DNA of 64,000 bases. Source: Spirochaetia bacterium (GTDB lineage: Bacteria > Spirochaetota > Spirochaetia > UBA9216). Of the stretch, positions 28,779 to 39,225 are shown piece by piece (within the stretch, counting starts at the first letter, position 1; each line of letters starts with the position of its first letter). The stretch spans positions 79,843 through 143,842 of the forward strand of contig OZ223266.1 in the NCBI GenBank assembly GCA_965140585.1, given 5' to 3'. The notes beneath the pieces are model-generated. The model worked only from the letters and a program-made list of their open reading frames with translations. It made no database searches and was not told the origin of the DNA. The position numbers were made by a program, and so were the translations under genes.

Positions 28779-30085
28779 GATTCCCTTATTGTTTCAGCAA
28801 TATTTCCCTGAACAGAAGAAACTGCCGGGAGCAGACCGAGAATTCCCCCGAATCCTACCGCTATCAGTACAGCAGTAATTAATGCACCAGCCCTTAACCC
28901 GGCAGTTTCGGCAAAGCTTTCAGATATTTCTCCTGCAAGGGGTGCAATGCTCTGCAGAACCGGATGTGAAAATATGAGTGAAAGTACTGCACCGGCAGCT
29001 GCTCCGCAGAGACTTAAGGATATAGCCCAGCTCCAGAAGTCGCGTACAACGATCAGTCTTGATGCCCCCAGAGCTCTCTGCAGTGCTATCTCACGGCGCC
29101 TGCTAAGTGATTCCACCACCATAATGCTGAAAATCCCCAGTGAGCTTGTGAGCAGCAAAATGATGCCAAGCAGATTTATTGTTACTGTAAAAATTCTGAC
29201 CGAGTTTCTAAGCTCTTCCATATATTCAGAGGTTCCACGAGGCGAACCTTCCCATACAAGAATGTCGATTTCCTCTCCGTAGACTGCTGTCAGAGACTGT
29301 CTTATCGCTGCTCCGGCTTTTTCAACCGAAGAAGCTGAAGTCTTAACTGCAATAGTCCCTGCCATCATGTCTTTGGCAAGCTGCGCATTTCTTCCTGATG
29401 GAAGCATTGCAGTATATGGAAAAACAACATCGCCGATTTCGTAGGATTTTCTTGAAACCTCACCAGGTGTTTTAAATACTCCGGTAACCGTATAGCTTGT
29501 TATCATATTCTGTTCACGCATTCCACCCGGCCCCCTCTGGAATACTTCGCCCGGCGGCTGGATATATTTCCCGACTGCTGCTTCAGCTGAGCCGAATAGA
29601 ATCTCTGCTGTTTCTTCCGAAATCCAGACCTTCTTCATTCCCTGAGCCAGATCGGAATCTGTCATTGGAAGTCCTGCAGTGATCTCAAGACTGAATACAT
29701 CAAAATAGGCCGGTTCGGCAGCTATTGCCGTTCTTATCCTGTATGATTTTCCATCAGCTGTAAACTCATGGAAGGGGGTGCTGGATACTATGGAGGCGCT
29801 TTCAACGATGCCTGAATCACTTACCAGAACAGAACCCGCGCTGCTGTCCCATTCCGCCGGTCTGTTGAGTGAAATGCTTCCGTCACTGTCCCATTCTCCG
29901 TTTGCCGTATACAGGATCAGCCCGTTTTCCTCAAGCTGACCTGACACTTCATTTTTAATGATCGATGATGCACTGAGCGATAGAATAAGTACCGCTGTTC
30001 CAAGTGCTACTGAAACCAGTGTCAGGCTTATTTTAAGCGGTGCTGTTGTGAACTGTCGTTTGAACATGGAAATTATCTGTTTCAT
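28775..30085 (-). CDS. MacB/FtsX-type ABC permease
   Basis: TM1, periplasmic domain, then IFSIMVVESLSRRREIALQRALGAS. Confidence 0.85.
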   Translation of the reverse strand: MKQIISMFKRQFTTAPLKISLTLVSVALGTAVLILSLSASSIIKNEVSGQLEENGLILYTANGEWDSDGSISLNRPAEWDSSAGSVLVSDSGIVESASIVSSTPFHEFTADGKSYRIRTAIAAEPAYFDVFSLEITAGLPMTDSDLAQGMKKVWISEETAEILFGSAEAAVGKYIQPPGEVFQRGPGGMREQNMITSYTVTGVFKTPGEVSRKSYEIGDVVFPYTAMLPSGRNAQLAKDMMAGTIAVKTSASSVEKAGAAIRQSLTAVYGEEIDILVWEGSPRGTSEYMEELRNSVRIFTVTINLLGIILLLTSSLGIFSIMVVESLSRRREIALQRALGASRLIVVRDFWSWAISLSLCGAAAGAVLSLIFSHPVLQSIAPLAGEISESFAETAGLRAGALITAVLIAVGFGGILGLLPAVSSVQGNIAETIRES

Positions 30086-31500
30086 TATAAAGCCCTCATT
30101 GCCTGGGCCGGATCTGTTTTCGCAGCATGCGCTGCCGGAATTATACTGAAGACAAGAGCCAGCAGTCCCGATATTACAATCCCCAGAATAAGATATATAA
30201 AGGAGGATGTCTGAATCTCCATGGCTTTCTTTATATAAGAGCTCAGCGGAAATGCAATAAGCATCCCTGCAACCGCACCTGCTGCTGTTATAACAACCGC
30301 TTCAACAGAGAACAGTTTTAGAATCCCTTTACGATCTGAACCGAGTGCCATCAGTACTCCCGTAGCTCCCTTCAATCTCATTGCCCGGCTCATAAGGATG
30401 TTTGATACATTCAACAGTGCAATGAAAAATCCGGCAGCAGAAAGGAAAAATACCAAAACGCTTATTCCGGTGTTTCTGCTTACTATGTTTTCAGCTTCAG
30501 CTCTTGAGCTTGATATAGAAATCTGATCATGGCCGTAGCGGTCAGCAAACCATTGAGTGAGCAGACTTGAAGAAGATTCTATTTTTTCGGGATCAATTAC
30601 GCTGAAGATCAGGCTTGTATCCATTCCCGGACCTCTGAAGCCCCGGAATCCTGAAAGAGATCCTCTGTCCCGATAGGGTTCAAGAAATTTTTCACTGTAG
30701 TCACCGTATTCGGAATCGAATATTCCGACTATAGTCTGATATCCGCCTCTGGTCAGAAGCTGCCTTCCTATAAGGCTTGACATCTCTTCACCTTCCGGGA
30801 GGATTTCTGCCGCAAGTTCAGTTCCCAGCAGTATTATATTTTCAGTTGATGCATACTCCTGTTCCGAGAATATACTTCCATAGACTGTCTGAATATCCCA
30901 TGCATCAAAGAACCCGCCGCTGACTTCAAAGCCGTCGGCTTCTTCAATTTCTGCAATGATAAGCCCTGATTCTATTCCTTCCTGGAGCATCTGAGCTGCA
31001 TTCTGCCTCATGTCAGGCGGCTGATTGCCATCCTGACCATCCGGTGCGGCAGGAGCGTCTCCGGAAAAATCCTGCGGCGGTGAATCCTGTCCCTGCCTGG
31101 GGGCATACTGCTCCATTTCTGTCCTCATTCTGTTTTCCTGCTCTATGCTGCTTTCATTAATCATATGGAGTCTGCTGCGGTTTTTTATGTAGGCATATTC
31201 AACATAGGGGGCAAGCTCCGCTGCCTCAAGATCTTCCTGTGTCAGTACTGTATTTTCGCTTGCCGGAATAGTTACCGCAGGAGTTTCCATATCCTCAGCA
31301 TCACTTCTTGTGCTGACGGTTATCTCAGTATATTCGGGTGATTTCATCATATGACCGGAATAGGCCAGTGTGCTTGCCAGAAGCGAGAGCCCGGTACTCA
31401 GAACTCCTATCCCGAGACCTACGGCGAGTATCAGAAGAATTGATTCAAGCGGTTTGTCAATGAACCTTCTTATTACTATCTTTACAGGCTCAGAGTGCAT
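30085..31500 (-). CDS. MacB/FtsX-type ABC permease with a Q/P/D-rich periplasmic insertion
   Basis: NVSNILMSRAMR..GVLMALGS..LFSVEA, terminal DPAQAMR. Confidence 0.85.
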   Translation of the reverse strand: MHSEPVKIVIRRFIDKPLESILLILAVGLGIGVLSTGLSLLASTLAYSGHMMKSPEYTEITVSTRSDAEDMETPAVTIPASENTVLTQEDLEAAELAPYVEYAYIKNRSRLHMINESSIEQENRMRTEMEQYAPRQGQDSPPQDFSGDAPAAPDGQDGNQPPDMRQNAAQMLQEGIESGLIIAEIEEADGFEVSGGFFDAWDIQTVYGSIFSEQEYASTENIILLGTELAAEILPEGEEMSSLIGRQLLTRGGYQTIVGIFDSEYGDYSEKFLEPYRDRGSLSGFRGFRGPGMDTSLIFSVIDPEKIESSSSLLTQWFADRYGHDQISISSSRAEAENIVSRNTGISVLVFFLSAAGFFIALLNVSNILMSRAMRLKGATGVLMALGSDRKGILKLFSVEAVVITAAGAVAGMLIAFPLSSYIKKAMEIQTSSFIYLILGIVISGLLALVFSIIPAAHAAKTDPAQAMRAL

Positions 31501-32173
31501 TTTCCTGCCTCTTGTCTACTATACGGCCGTCGCTCAGTTCAATAATTCTGCCGGCACGCTTTCCCTGGGAGGGGTTATGGGTAACCATAACTATAGTCAC
31601 TCCCTTTGAGTTGAGATCTTCAAGAATTTTCAGAATTTCCTCACCCTTATCGGTCGGAAGGTTTCCTGTCGGTTCATCCGCAAGGATAAGATCGGGATTG
31701 TTTGACAGCGCTCTTGCAATGGCAACCCTCTGCTGTTCACCGCCGCTTAACATGGTAGGCAGGTGTTTCATACGGCTGCCCAGTCCCACTTCATTAAGAA
31801 GTTCAACCGCCCGGTCTTTACGCTGAGAGAAGGGGATACCGGCATAGCTCATCGGCAGCATAACATTCTCAAGGGCGCTCAGCTCCGGGAATAAATTGAA
31901 ACTCTGAAAGATGAAGCCGAAGTGTCTGTTGCGAATTCTGGCCTGTTCCCGGTCGGGAAGCGCTGTTATATCGTAATCTTCAAGCAGATACTTTCCGCCG
32001 GTTGCCGAATCCAGTATTCCGACTATGTGCATAAGTGTTGATTTTCCTGAGCCGGACGGCCCCATCACTGCTATGTATTCACCTCGTTCTATTTTAATAT
32101 TTATGCCGCTTAGAGCATTAACCTTTACATCGCCAAGGTCATAGCTCTTGCTTATTCCGTTTAATTCAATCAT
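31490..32173 (-). CDS. ABC ATPase, MacB/LolD type
   Basis: GPSGSGKST, GFIFQSFNL, LSGGEQQRVAIARAL, ADEPTGNL. Confidence 0.95.
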   Translation of the reverse strand: MIELNGISKSYDLGDVKVNALSGINIKIERGEYIAVMGPSGSGKSTLMHIVGILDSATGGKYLLEDYDITALPDREQARIRNRHFGFIFQSFNLFPELSALENVMLPMSYAGIPFSQRKDRAVELLNEVGLGSRMKHLPTMLSGGEQQRVAIARALSNNPDLILADEPTGNLPTDKGEEILKILEDLNSKGVTIVMVTHNPSQGKRAGRIIELSDGRIVDKRQENAL

Positions 32174-33476
32174 TTTCGCCTCCCCGGGTTAACTGTATTT
32201 CTTTCTGGTCGATAAAGTTCTGGTACCCGCTTGTGATAATCACATCGCCCTCTTTAAGGCCTGCTTTAATTTTCACCTTTGCTCCTTCAATATCCCCGAA
32301 GCTGACTGCAGTTTTCACAGCACTGTCACCGTCTACCAGATAAACCCATTTCTGGCTTCCGGTAGTGAGGTAGGCACCCCGCGGCAGATAAAGAACATCT
32401 TCCTCTATACCCAGGCTTATACTGGCGACTGCCGAGGCTCCGGGAGTGAGTTCAAGTTCGGTTAGCGGTCTGGCTCTTACTGTGACCATCGCCGCAAGAC
32501 CGTCGGAGTCCATGGTTGCAATCCGTCCGATCCTGGTTATTTCAGCTTCAAAGGTGTTTGTTCCTGATGTAACTGTCATTTTCCCGCCGGTTTCAAGAAG
32601 TCCCGCATACTGTTCATAAACATCGAAATCTATATAGGCTTCGCTGCGATCTGCAACAACGAATAGGGAATCAGTTGTTTCTATTGAACTTCCCGGAATT
32701 CCCAGGCTCTCATTGATACTGAGCACTTCACCCGATATCGGACTCTTTACTGAAAGATCTTCAATGTCGCCGTTAACGATTTCAAGATTTACCCGAATCT
32801 GCTCTATTGAGGCATTCTGTTTTCTTATATCTATATCTTTTTTTGAAAGAGTCTGTTCGAGTTCCAAGTTAAGATCTTCAAGCTCCTCCTGCAGGCTTTC
32901 AAGATTATCAAGGGCATCCTCGTAATCGGATTCACGTGAACTTTTAAGCTCTGCAAGGGCTTTAGCTGTGTCTGCATCAGCCTGAGCATCGGCAATATCG
33001 GCGCTTAATCTTGTGATACTTCTTGTAAGGTTTTTTATGTCATAATTGTATTCACTATTTATATTTTCAAGTTCAATCAAGGCCTGTTTCAGACTTACTG
33101 TAAGGCTGTCCTTCTCGTCATCAAGATTTGGTGACTCAAGAAGTGCAAGCACGGTTTCGGGTGTAATTGAATCTCCCTCGCTGACATATATTTCATCAGC
33201 ATAACTGTCCTCGGGGCTGACAATTTCAACCTGTATCGGCAGGACAACCGTACCGCTGGCCTCTGTTGTTGATAAAATTTCACCGGAGGTAACCGCTGCT
33301 GTTGTGTAGTCAGTAATTTTAACAGGCTTGTCGGCAAGCACTGATTTTAGAATTATTATTACTGCGGCCGCTGCAAGCAATGTTGCAATAAGCGCAATCA
33401 GTCTTCCCCGTTTCATTTTTCTTGAAACAGCCGGATTTACATCCTCGAGCTGTACAATTTTGTGGTTTGTACCCAT
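32166..33476 (-). CDS. Efflux membrane fusion protein (MacA/HlyD-like adaptor)
   Basis: N-terminal TM, lipoyl half-motifs (VSEGDSI, VKSPISGEV), coiled hairpin, GLKEGDVII; ATG 33476 has a GGAG SD. Confidence 0.88.
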   Translation of the reverse strand: MGTNHKIVQLEDVNPAVSRKMKRGRLIALIATLLAAAAVIIILKSVLADKPVKITDYTTAAVTSGEILSTTEASGTVVLPIQVEIVSPEDSYADEIYVSEGDSITPETVLALLESPNLDDEKDSLTVSLKQALIELENINSEYNYDIKNLTRSITRLSADIADAQADADTAKALAELKSSRESDYEDALDNLESLQEELEDLNLELEQTLSKKDIDIRKQNASIEQIRVNLEIVNGDIEDLSVKSPISGEVLSINESLGIPGSSIETTDSLFVVADRSEAYIDFDVYEQYAGLLETGGKMTVTSGTNTFEAEITRIGRIATMDSDGLAAMVTVRARPLTELELTPGASAVASISLGIEEDVLYLPRGAYLTTGSQKWVYLVDGDSAVKTAVSFGDIEGAKVKIKAGLKEGDVIITSGYQNFIDQKEIQLTRGGEND

Positions 33477-33518
33477 TTTAATCTCCACATAAAAAATACA
33501 TCATATTCATATTGGAGC

Positions 33519-33555
33519 TGTTAAACCGCTGTAAAACGATTGTAAACTTTGTAAA
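33519..33555. promoter_or_regulatory. OmpR-family direct-repeat binding site between the exporter operon and the two-component system
   Basis: TGTTAA (33519), TGTAAA (33530), TGTAAA (33541), TGTAAA (33550); spacings 11, 11 and 9 bp. Confidence 0.65.
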
Positions 33556-33616
33556 AACTGGAATCTGCAAACCTGAAAATATAGAAGAAAGCTCAATCAG
33601 AGGTTATTATTGCTTT

Positions 33617-35338
33617 ATGATGTTAAAATCCAGGCTTTTGACAGCTCTTGACCGCATTTTCTCTATACTTTTCGCTATTGCTATGGTTGCCTCCGTATTT
33701 CTTATTCACCGGATGTTCAAGATAAGCATGGAAAGCGAAGCCATGTCCCTTGCCCGTGATATTGAATATTCGGTCATGCATGCAGCAACAAATGAATACA
33801 GAAGATATACACTTCTGGTTCAGTCCCTGAGAAATCTTGATCTTGAAGATCAGTCGGATATAACTCTCAGGTCACAGCTTGAACGGATTTTTGAACTATA
33901 TAATGATTCCGGTATAGATCCCTATCTTCTTGCAGCTATAAGTTATTCGCATGATAACCGTGACGGTCTTACAACCTATTTTGACAGTGAAACTGAGACC
34001 TGGATAGAAAGACAGCATGATTCAGGACCTCCGAATCAGGACTGGCACCTGCTGTTTGTGTATAAACCCAATAGAGATGAAGAGCTGTCTATTTTTATTG
34101 ATGTTGATATCAGGCTATTCATGGATAACTATGTAAAGGATGCGGTTGAATCTCAGCTTCCCGATTACAAGCTCGAATGGGTGTCTGCAGACGACAGCCG
34201 CGGAGAGAAGGCGCCGGACAGAAATAAAGATTTTAAATCCTCACGGTTCACATTTCACCCTTTCCGGGCTCTTTTGGGTATAGAGACATCCGGCGATGCC
34301 CTGTTTGTTCCGATTCCGGGGATTCATGACAGTATAAATCTTTCCGGAGACCCGGCTTCACGACCCGAACCACAGGAGATGGATGAAAAGTTTATATTTT
34401 TTCCTATTGGATTCGGGCCTGTTTCCGAGAACGGACTCTTTCGGGAATCTGACTGGCAGTATGCAATAAAAATCAGATCTGAACATGGTTCATTTTATGC
34501 TGATCTTGAAAAACGCGCAGCAATCAACTTTTTTGCCAGTCTTATACTTTTACTCGGTGTCACCGCAGCCTTCTTTCTTGCACGTCATCAGGCCAGGCGG
34601 CTGAAAGGCATGCGGGAACGTGAACGTGAATTTGTAGCGTCTATTACTCATGAGCTTCGAACCCCTCTGACTGTTATTCAGGCGGCTGCTGATAATCTTT
34701 CCAATGGAATTATCCCGGCAGAAAGGCTTTCAAAATACAGCGAGATAATACAGCAGCAGTCCTTAAGACTGGGCGGGATGATAAACGAGATTCTTATGTT
34801 TTCAAATCTTGAGGCCGGAGGAAGTAAAAAGCCTGTCGGGACAGAGATTGATCTTGAAACCATATTTGAAGGGCTCATGAAAGAGCTTGATACCATTACC
34901 TCCGCCGGAAAGATAAATCTTATCTGGGATGTTTCTGCACTTAAAGGCAGCTGTGTGATAGTTGAAGAAACCCTGACCCTGGTTTTGCGTAATCTTGTGA
35001 TGAATACAATTAATCATGCCTATGACGGAAACGGCGGTGACGTAAGAGTCAGCGGAAGGGTCAGGATTCCTGACGGACTGGTTTTTACTGTAGAGGATGA
35101 CGGCCGCGGAATTGAAAGCCGTGAGCAGCGTCATGTTTTTGATCCGTTTTACAGAGACTATGTAAGCAGAAGCCGTCAGGAAAAGGGAAGCGGTCTGGGA
35201 CTGTTTCTTGCAAGACGGAAGGCTGTACTTGCAGGAGGCTCACTGAAACTTGAAAGCCCCTACCGGAGGATTAACGGCAGAAAGCAGCATGGCTGCCGGT
35301 TTGAATTTACAATTCCATGCAAATATAATCTTAAATAG
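33617..35338 (+). CDS. Membrane sensor histidine kinase
   Basis: Two TM; FVASITHELRTPL, NLVMN, VEDDGRGI, GSGLGL; start reassigned to ATG 33617. Confidence 0.92.
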   Translation: MMLKSRLLTALDRIFSILFAIAMVASVFLIHRMFKISMESEAMSLARDIEYSVMHAATNEYRRYTLLVQSLRNLDLEDQSDITLRSQLERIFELYNDSGIDPYLLAAISYSHDNRDGLTTYFDSETETWIERQHDSGPPNQDWHLLFVYKPNRDEELSIFIDVDIRLFMDNYVKDAVESQLPDYKLEWVSADDSRGEKAPDRNKDFKSSRFTFHPFRALLGIETSGDALFVPIPGIHDSINLSGDPASRPEPQEMDEKFIFFPIGFGPVSENGLFRESDWQYAIKIRSEHGSFYADLEKRAAINFFASLILLLGVTAAFFLARHQARRLKGMREREREFVASITHELRTPLTVIQAAADNLSNGIIPAERLSKYSEIIQQQSLRLGGMINEILMFSNLEAGGSKKPVGTEIDLETIFEGLMKELDTITSAGKINLIWDVSALKGSCVIVEETLTLVLRNLVMNTINHAYDGNGGDVRVSGRVRIPDGLVFTVEDDGRGIESREQRHVFDPFYRDYVSRSRQEKGSGLGLFLARRKAVLAGGSLKLESPYRRINGRKQHGCRFEFTIPCKYNLK

Positions 35339-35346
35339 AGGACAAT

Positions 35347-36042
35347 ATGGCAGAGATTCTTATTATAGAAGATGAACCGGGAGTTCAGCTTACACTTGAA
35401 GATAGATTAAGAGCCGAAGGTTACGGTGTGACAATCAGAGATGACGGCATTCGCGGAGAAAATGAGGCGCTTAAGGGGACCTATTCACTTATCCTTCTTG
35501 ATTTGATGCTGCCCGGCCGTGACGGCTTTACCATATGTCTTAACCTGAGAAAGGCCGGTATAAAAACTCCAATTCTGATGCTTACCGCCCGGGATACAAA
35601 TCTTGATACGGTGATGGGGCTAAAGGTCGGTGCTGACGATTATCTGGCTAAACCCTTTGACATGTCAGTTCTGCTGGCCCGAATAGAAGCCCTGCTTAGG
35701 CGGTCAAAGGAGAACGGTGAAAATTTACCTTCTGCAAAACAGCTGAAGCAGGTGACTTTCGGCGAATTTATCCTCGATCTCAAGACCGGCAACCTTGAGA
35801 AAGGCGGCGAAACTATTGCGTTGAATGCCCAGGAGTACAGGCTTCTTGAGTACCTTGCAGTGAACAGCGGACGGATTCTCAGCCGTGATCTGATTCTGGA
35901 TGATGTCTGGGGATACGGAAGTGAAACCTCAACCCGTACGGTCGATGTGCATGTTGCAAAACTCAGAAGCAAGCTGGGTGAACCGGAAATCCCCAGACAT
36001 ATAAAAACTTTCAGGGGCAGGGGATACCGCTTCGATCTTTAG
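35347..36042 (+). CDS. OmpR-family response regulator
   Basis: IIEDE, LLDLMLPG, GADDYLAKPF, RTVDVHVAKLRSKL, RGRGYRF. Confidence 0.95.
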   Translation: MAEILIIEDEPGVQLTLEDRLRAEGYGVTIRDDGIRGENEALKGTYSLILLDLMLPGRDGFTICLNLRKAGIKTPILMLTARDTNLDTVMGLKVGADDYLAKPFDMSVLLARIEALLRRSKENGENLPSAKQLKQVTFGEFILDLKTGNLEKGGETIALNAQEYRLLEYLAVNSGRILSRDLILDDVWGYGSETSTRTVDVHVAKLRSKLGEPEIPRHIKTFRGRGYRFDL

Positions 36043-36043
36043 A

Positions 36044-36613
36044 TCATCCTGCCAGCCCAAGCTCTGCGGCGGCCGATTTCATGCCGTCAATTGTAAGTTT
36101 TATTACTTCCGACAGCTCCAGATCCAGCATAGCCGCTCCCTTTTCAATTATTGAGCGATCAACCCCGGCTGCAAAGCGCTTGTCCTTCCACTTCTTTTTA
36201 ACTGATTTTACTTCCATATCCAATACCGATTTGGATGGGCGGACAAGAGCTGTTGTGGTAACCAGGCCTGTAAGTTCATCGATGGTAAAAAGATATTTCT
36301 CCATTTTTTCAATCGGTTCAACATCCGAACAGATTCCCCATCCATGGGAAACTACAGCATGTATGTAATCGTCCGGCCAGTCATTTTCTTTCATGATCTT
36401 TTCGGTCATACTGCAGTGTTGCTCTGGGAATCTTTCATAATCAAGATCGTGAATAAGACCGATTATTCCCCATTTTTCAGTATCCTCACCTTCAAGTTCT
36501 GCAATGTGTCTCATCACCGCTTCCACTGCCAGAGCATGTTTATAAAGGCTATCCGTCTGATTATATTCTTTAAAAAGATTCAGGGCTTTTCCCCTGTCCG
36601 GAGTTATGGGCAT
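36044..36613 (-). CDS. HD-domain (HDIG-type) hydrolase
   Basis: KHALAVEAVMR, GLIHDLDYE, DELTGLV..RPSKS, FAAGVDR. Confidence 0.88.
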   Translation of the reverse strand: MPITPDRGKALNLFKEYNQTDSLYKHALAVEAVMRHIAELEGEDTEKWGIIGLIHDLDYERFPEQHCSMTEKIMKENDWPDDYIHAVVSHGWGICSDVEPIEKMEKYLFTIDELTGLVTTTALVRPSKSVLDMEVKSVKKKWKDKRFAAGVDRSIIEKGAAMLDLELSEVIKLTIDGMKSAAAELGLAG

Positions 36614-36763
36614 AGCAGCCTCCTTTAAGAGCTGGAATTATAATTAGATTTTAACATAACTTTTAAGCAATTGTAAAAATAAGCAGCAACAATTTCAGCC
36701 TAGCTTGACAAGTTATTTTGGGAGATTTATCCTTAGGGAAATGAAAAAAAGTATGAGACTTAA

Positions 36764-38671
36764 ATGCAGTTAGATGAAATTAACTTTCTAAATCACTTTT
36801 CCGATCTCCGGGTAAAAACGGATCCCGGTGGATGTTTCGTGCAGATAAATAATGTTTTTGAAGATGTTCTGGGATATACAAACGCTGAGCTTTCAGGTAC
36901 TCCGGTGACCAATCTTTTTCATCCTGAAGATACCATCCCTCCCCGACATGAAATAGACGAACTGAAATACGGAAATACGCGAAAAGTTTTTCTCAATCGC
37001 GTCAGGGATAAGTCTGGAAATTATCATTATATCGAATGGGTCTTTTTACCAGATGAAAAGGGATATTTTCTTGCTTCAGGCCGTGATGTTTCAGAGAGAA
37101 AACAGATCGAACTCGAAAAGAGAAGAACTGAAGAATTCTTTGATATTATCGATGCCTGTATTTCGGTTAATGAATTACTGAGGCAGGCTCTTTCATTTAT
37201 AAAAGATAACTACGGCTTTGATGCACTTGCAGTAAGACTCCAGGCAAATGATGGATATCCCTACGCCTGCAGTATAGGTTTTAATGAAGATTTTCTTGAG
37301 AAAGAAAGCATGATTCATATCGGCAATTCTTCAATTAAAAAGAAATGTTTCTGCACAATGGTTATTTCCGGCATTCAGGATGATTTCCCCTCCTGTTTTA
37401 CCAGACACGGCAGTTTTTATACAGGCAGTTTAAAAGACCTCATAGAAGAAAAAGGCGAAACCGGAACAATATCCTGTCTGCGCAGTGAATGTAATGAAAA
37501 TGGTTATGAAACAATAATTATTCTTCCATTGAGAATCGGTACAGAGAAAATAGGCCTTATTCAGTTGAATGACAGGAGGAAAGATCTTGTTTCTGCAGAA
37601 TCTCTCCGGTATCTGGAAAGATTGTCGAATACACTTGCAGTAGCTGTATCAAGAATTAAAAAAAGCCAAGAACTTCTCGAGAGTGAAAAGCATCTTCAAA
37701 CCGCACAGAAAATAGCCGGAGTAGGAAGCTGGGTTCTTGATCCCGAATCAATGTTTTTTTCAGCATCTGATGAGATGAAAAAAATCATTGGGTATAAACC
37801 GCAGAATAAGAGGCAGATACATTGGTCAGAGATACTTGAAGGTATTGATGATTCCGATCGTGCTCCGGTGGAGAAAGCGATGTATGATATTATCGGGGGC
37901 TCAAATCCTCCGAGCGTATCTTTCGGGTTTACAACTCCCGATCAGCGTCACATATATATTAAAGCTGATGCCGAGTTATTCAAATCGGATATTATCGGCA
38001 GAGTCAGGGTATTCGGTACAGGTCTTGATATAACCCGGATGAAAGAAAATGAAGCTGAAATTACAAGACTGCTTAAAGAGAAGGATATCCTTCTGAAAGA
38101 AGTTCATCACAGGGTCAAGAATGATATGAATACAGTCAAGGGAATGCTTGCCATGAATGCCTTTAACCTAAAGGAGTCGAGCGCCCGTGAAATGATGAAG
38201 ACAGCCGAAAGCCGTATTCTCAGTATGATGGTTCTCTATGACAGGCTTTATAAGGGCTCAAATCTAAAATCACTGAACATCCGCGAATATCTTGAAAGTC
38301 TGCTCACCGAGATTTCGGGTCTGCATCAGACTCAGGTTTCAGTGGATGTATCTTCAGATGATATCATTCTTCCTGTTAAAACAGTAACACCGATAGGGAT
38401 AATAATAAACGAGCTTTATGCCAATACCATGAAATATGCTTTTGACAGGCAGAACGGTAACCATGCCGGGATCTCGGTGTCCCTTGCAAACAGGGATGGG
38501 TATGGAATACTGAATTACAGCGATAATGGACGCGGGTACTCTATCGATAATCAAAGTGAAGGATTCGGATTAAAACTTCTTGATATGCTTGTTAAGCAGA
38601 TACGCGGCAGCTACGAAATCACTAGTGAAAATGGTGCTTCTGTGAGTATCAGTTTTCCAATTCAGGAATAA
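36764..38671 (+). CDS. Cytoplasmic PAS-GAF-PAS histidine kinase (HisKA_2/HWE type)
   Basis: PAS (FHPED, GRDVSERK), Cys-rich GAF, LLKEVHHRVKND, IINELYANTMKYAF, DNGRG, GFGLKL. Confidence 0.9.
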   Translation: MQLDEINFLNHFSDLRVKTDPGGCFVQINNVFEDVLGYTNAELSGTPVTNLFHPEDTIPPRHEIDELKYGNTRKVFLNRVRDKSGNYHYIEWVFLPDEKGYFLASGRDVSERKQIELEKRRTEEFFDIIDACISVNELLRQALSFIKDNYGFDALAVRLQANDGYPYACSIGFNEDFLEKESMIHIGNSSIKKKCFCTMVISGIQDDFPSCFTRHGSFYTGSLKDLIEEKGETGTISCLRSECNENGYETIIILPLRIGTEKIGLIQLNDRRKDLVSAESLRYLERLSNTLAVAVSRIKKSQELLESEKHLQTAQKIAGVGSWVLDPESMFFSASDEMKKIIGYKPQNKRQIHWSEILEGIDDSDRAPVEKAMYDIIGGSNPPSVSFGFTTPDQRHIYIKADAELFKSDIIGRVRVFGTGLDITRMKENEAEITRLLKEKDILLKEVHHRVKNDMNTVKGMLAMNAFNLKESSAREMMKTAESRILSMMVLYDRLYKGSNLKSLNIREYLESLLTEISGLHQTQVSVDVSSDDIILPVKTVTPIGIIINELYANTMKYAFDRQNGNHAGISVSLANRDGYGILNYSDNGRGYSIDNQSEGFGLKLLDMLVKQIRGSYEITSENGASVSISFPIQE

Positions 38672-38763
38672 AAAAGCCGGACAGAATTTATTCCCGCCAG
38701 GCTGTTAATGTTTTATTTGTTGAGGCAATTTCAAAACAAACCGAGTTTTGAAAGAAGCTCTGT

Positions 38764-39210
38764 TTACTGATTTATCTGTCTGATATACCAGTCTGCTGCG
38801 TCAAGATCGTATATTTCATCAATTAAATAATTTCCTGAAGCTTCCTGGTACATGACGAATTGAAGGTTTGTTGTACCTACGACCACGTCGTTAACTGATT
38901 TAACCATCGTTACAGATACATCGAGAGGATCGCTGGAGTCCATGACCGTCAATGCAAAATCAGCTTCAGGGTCAAATAAGTCATCCCAGAAGGTTATGAC
39001 CTCCGCATTCTCCCTGTTGATCATTTTAGATTCAGGTGCAAAGTGAAGCAGTATTGCATCGGCTGTTCGATCTTCTGAATTGATTGTAATTGTGAATGCT
39101 ACAATTCTTTCGTTAACCGACATGGGCATAAGCATCCCGAGCAATCCATCGCATGAGAATGACAGTGCTACTATCAGTGCAGTCAATAATATTATTACTT
39201 TCCGTTTCAT
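38764..39210 (-). CDS. Hypothetical lipoprotein
   Basis: MKRK..VALSFS-C lipobox; AAGGAG SD. Confidence 0.7.
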   Translation of the reverse strand: MKRKVIILLTALIVALSFSCDGLLGMLMPMSVNERIVAFTITINSEDRTADAILLHFAPESKMINRENAEVITFWDDLFDPEADFALTVMDSSDPLDVSVTMVKSVNDVVVGTTNLQFVMYQEASGNYLIDEIYDLDAADWYIRQINQ

Positions 39211-39225
39211 TTGTTTCTCCTTTAC

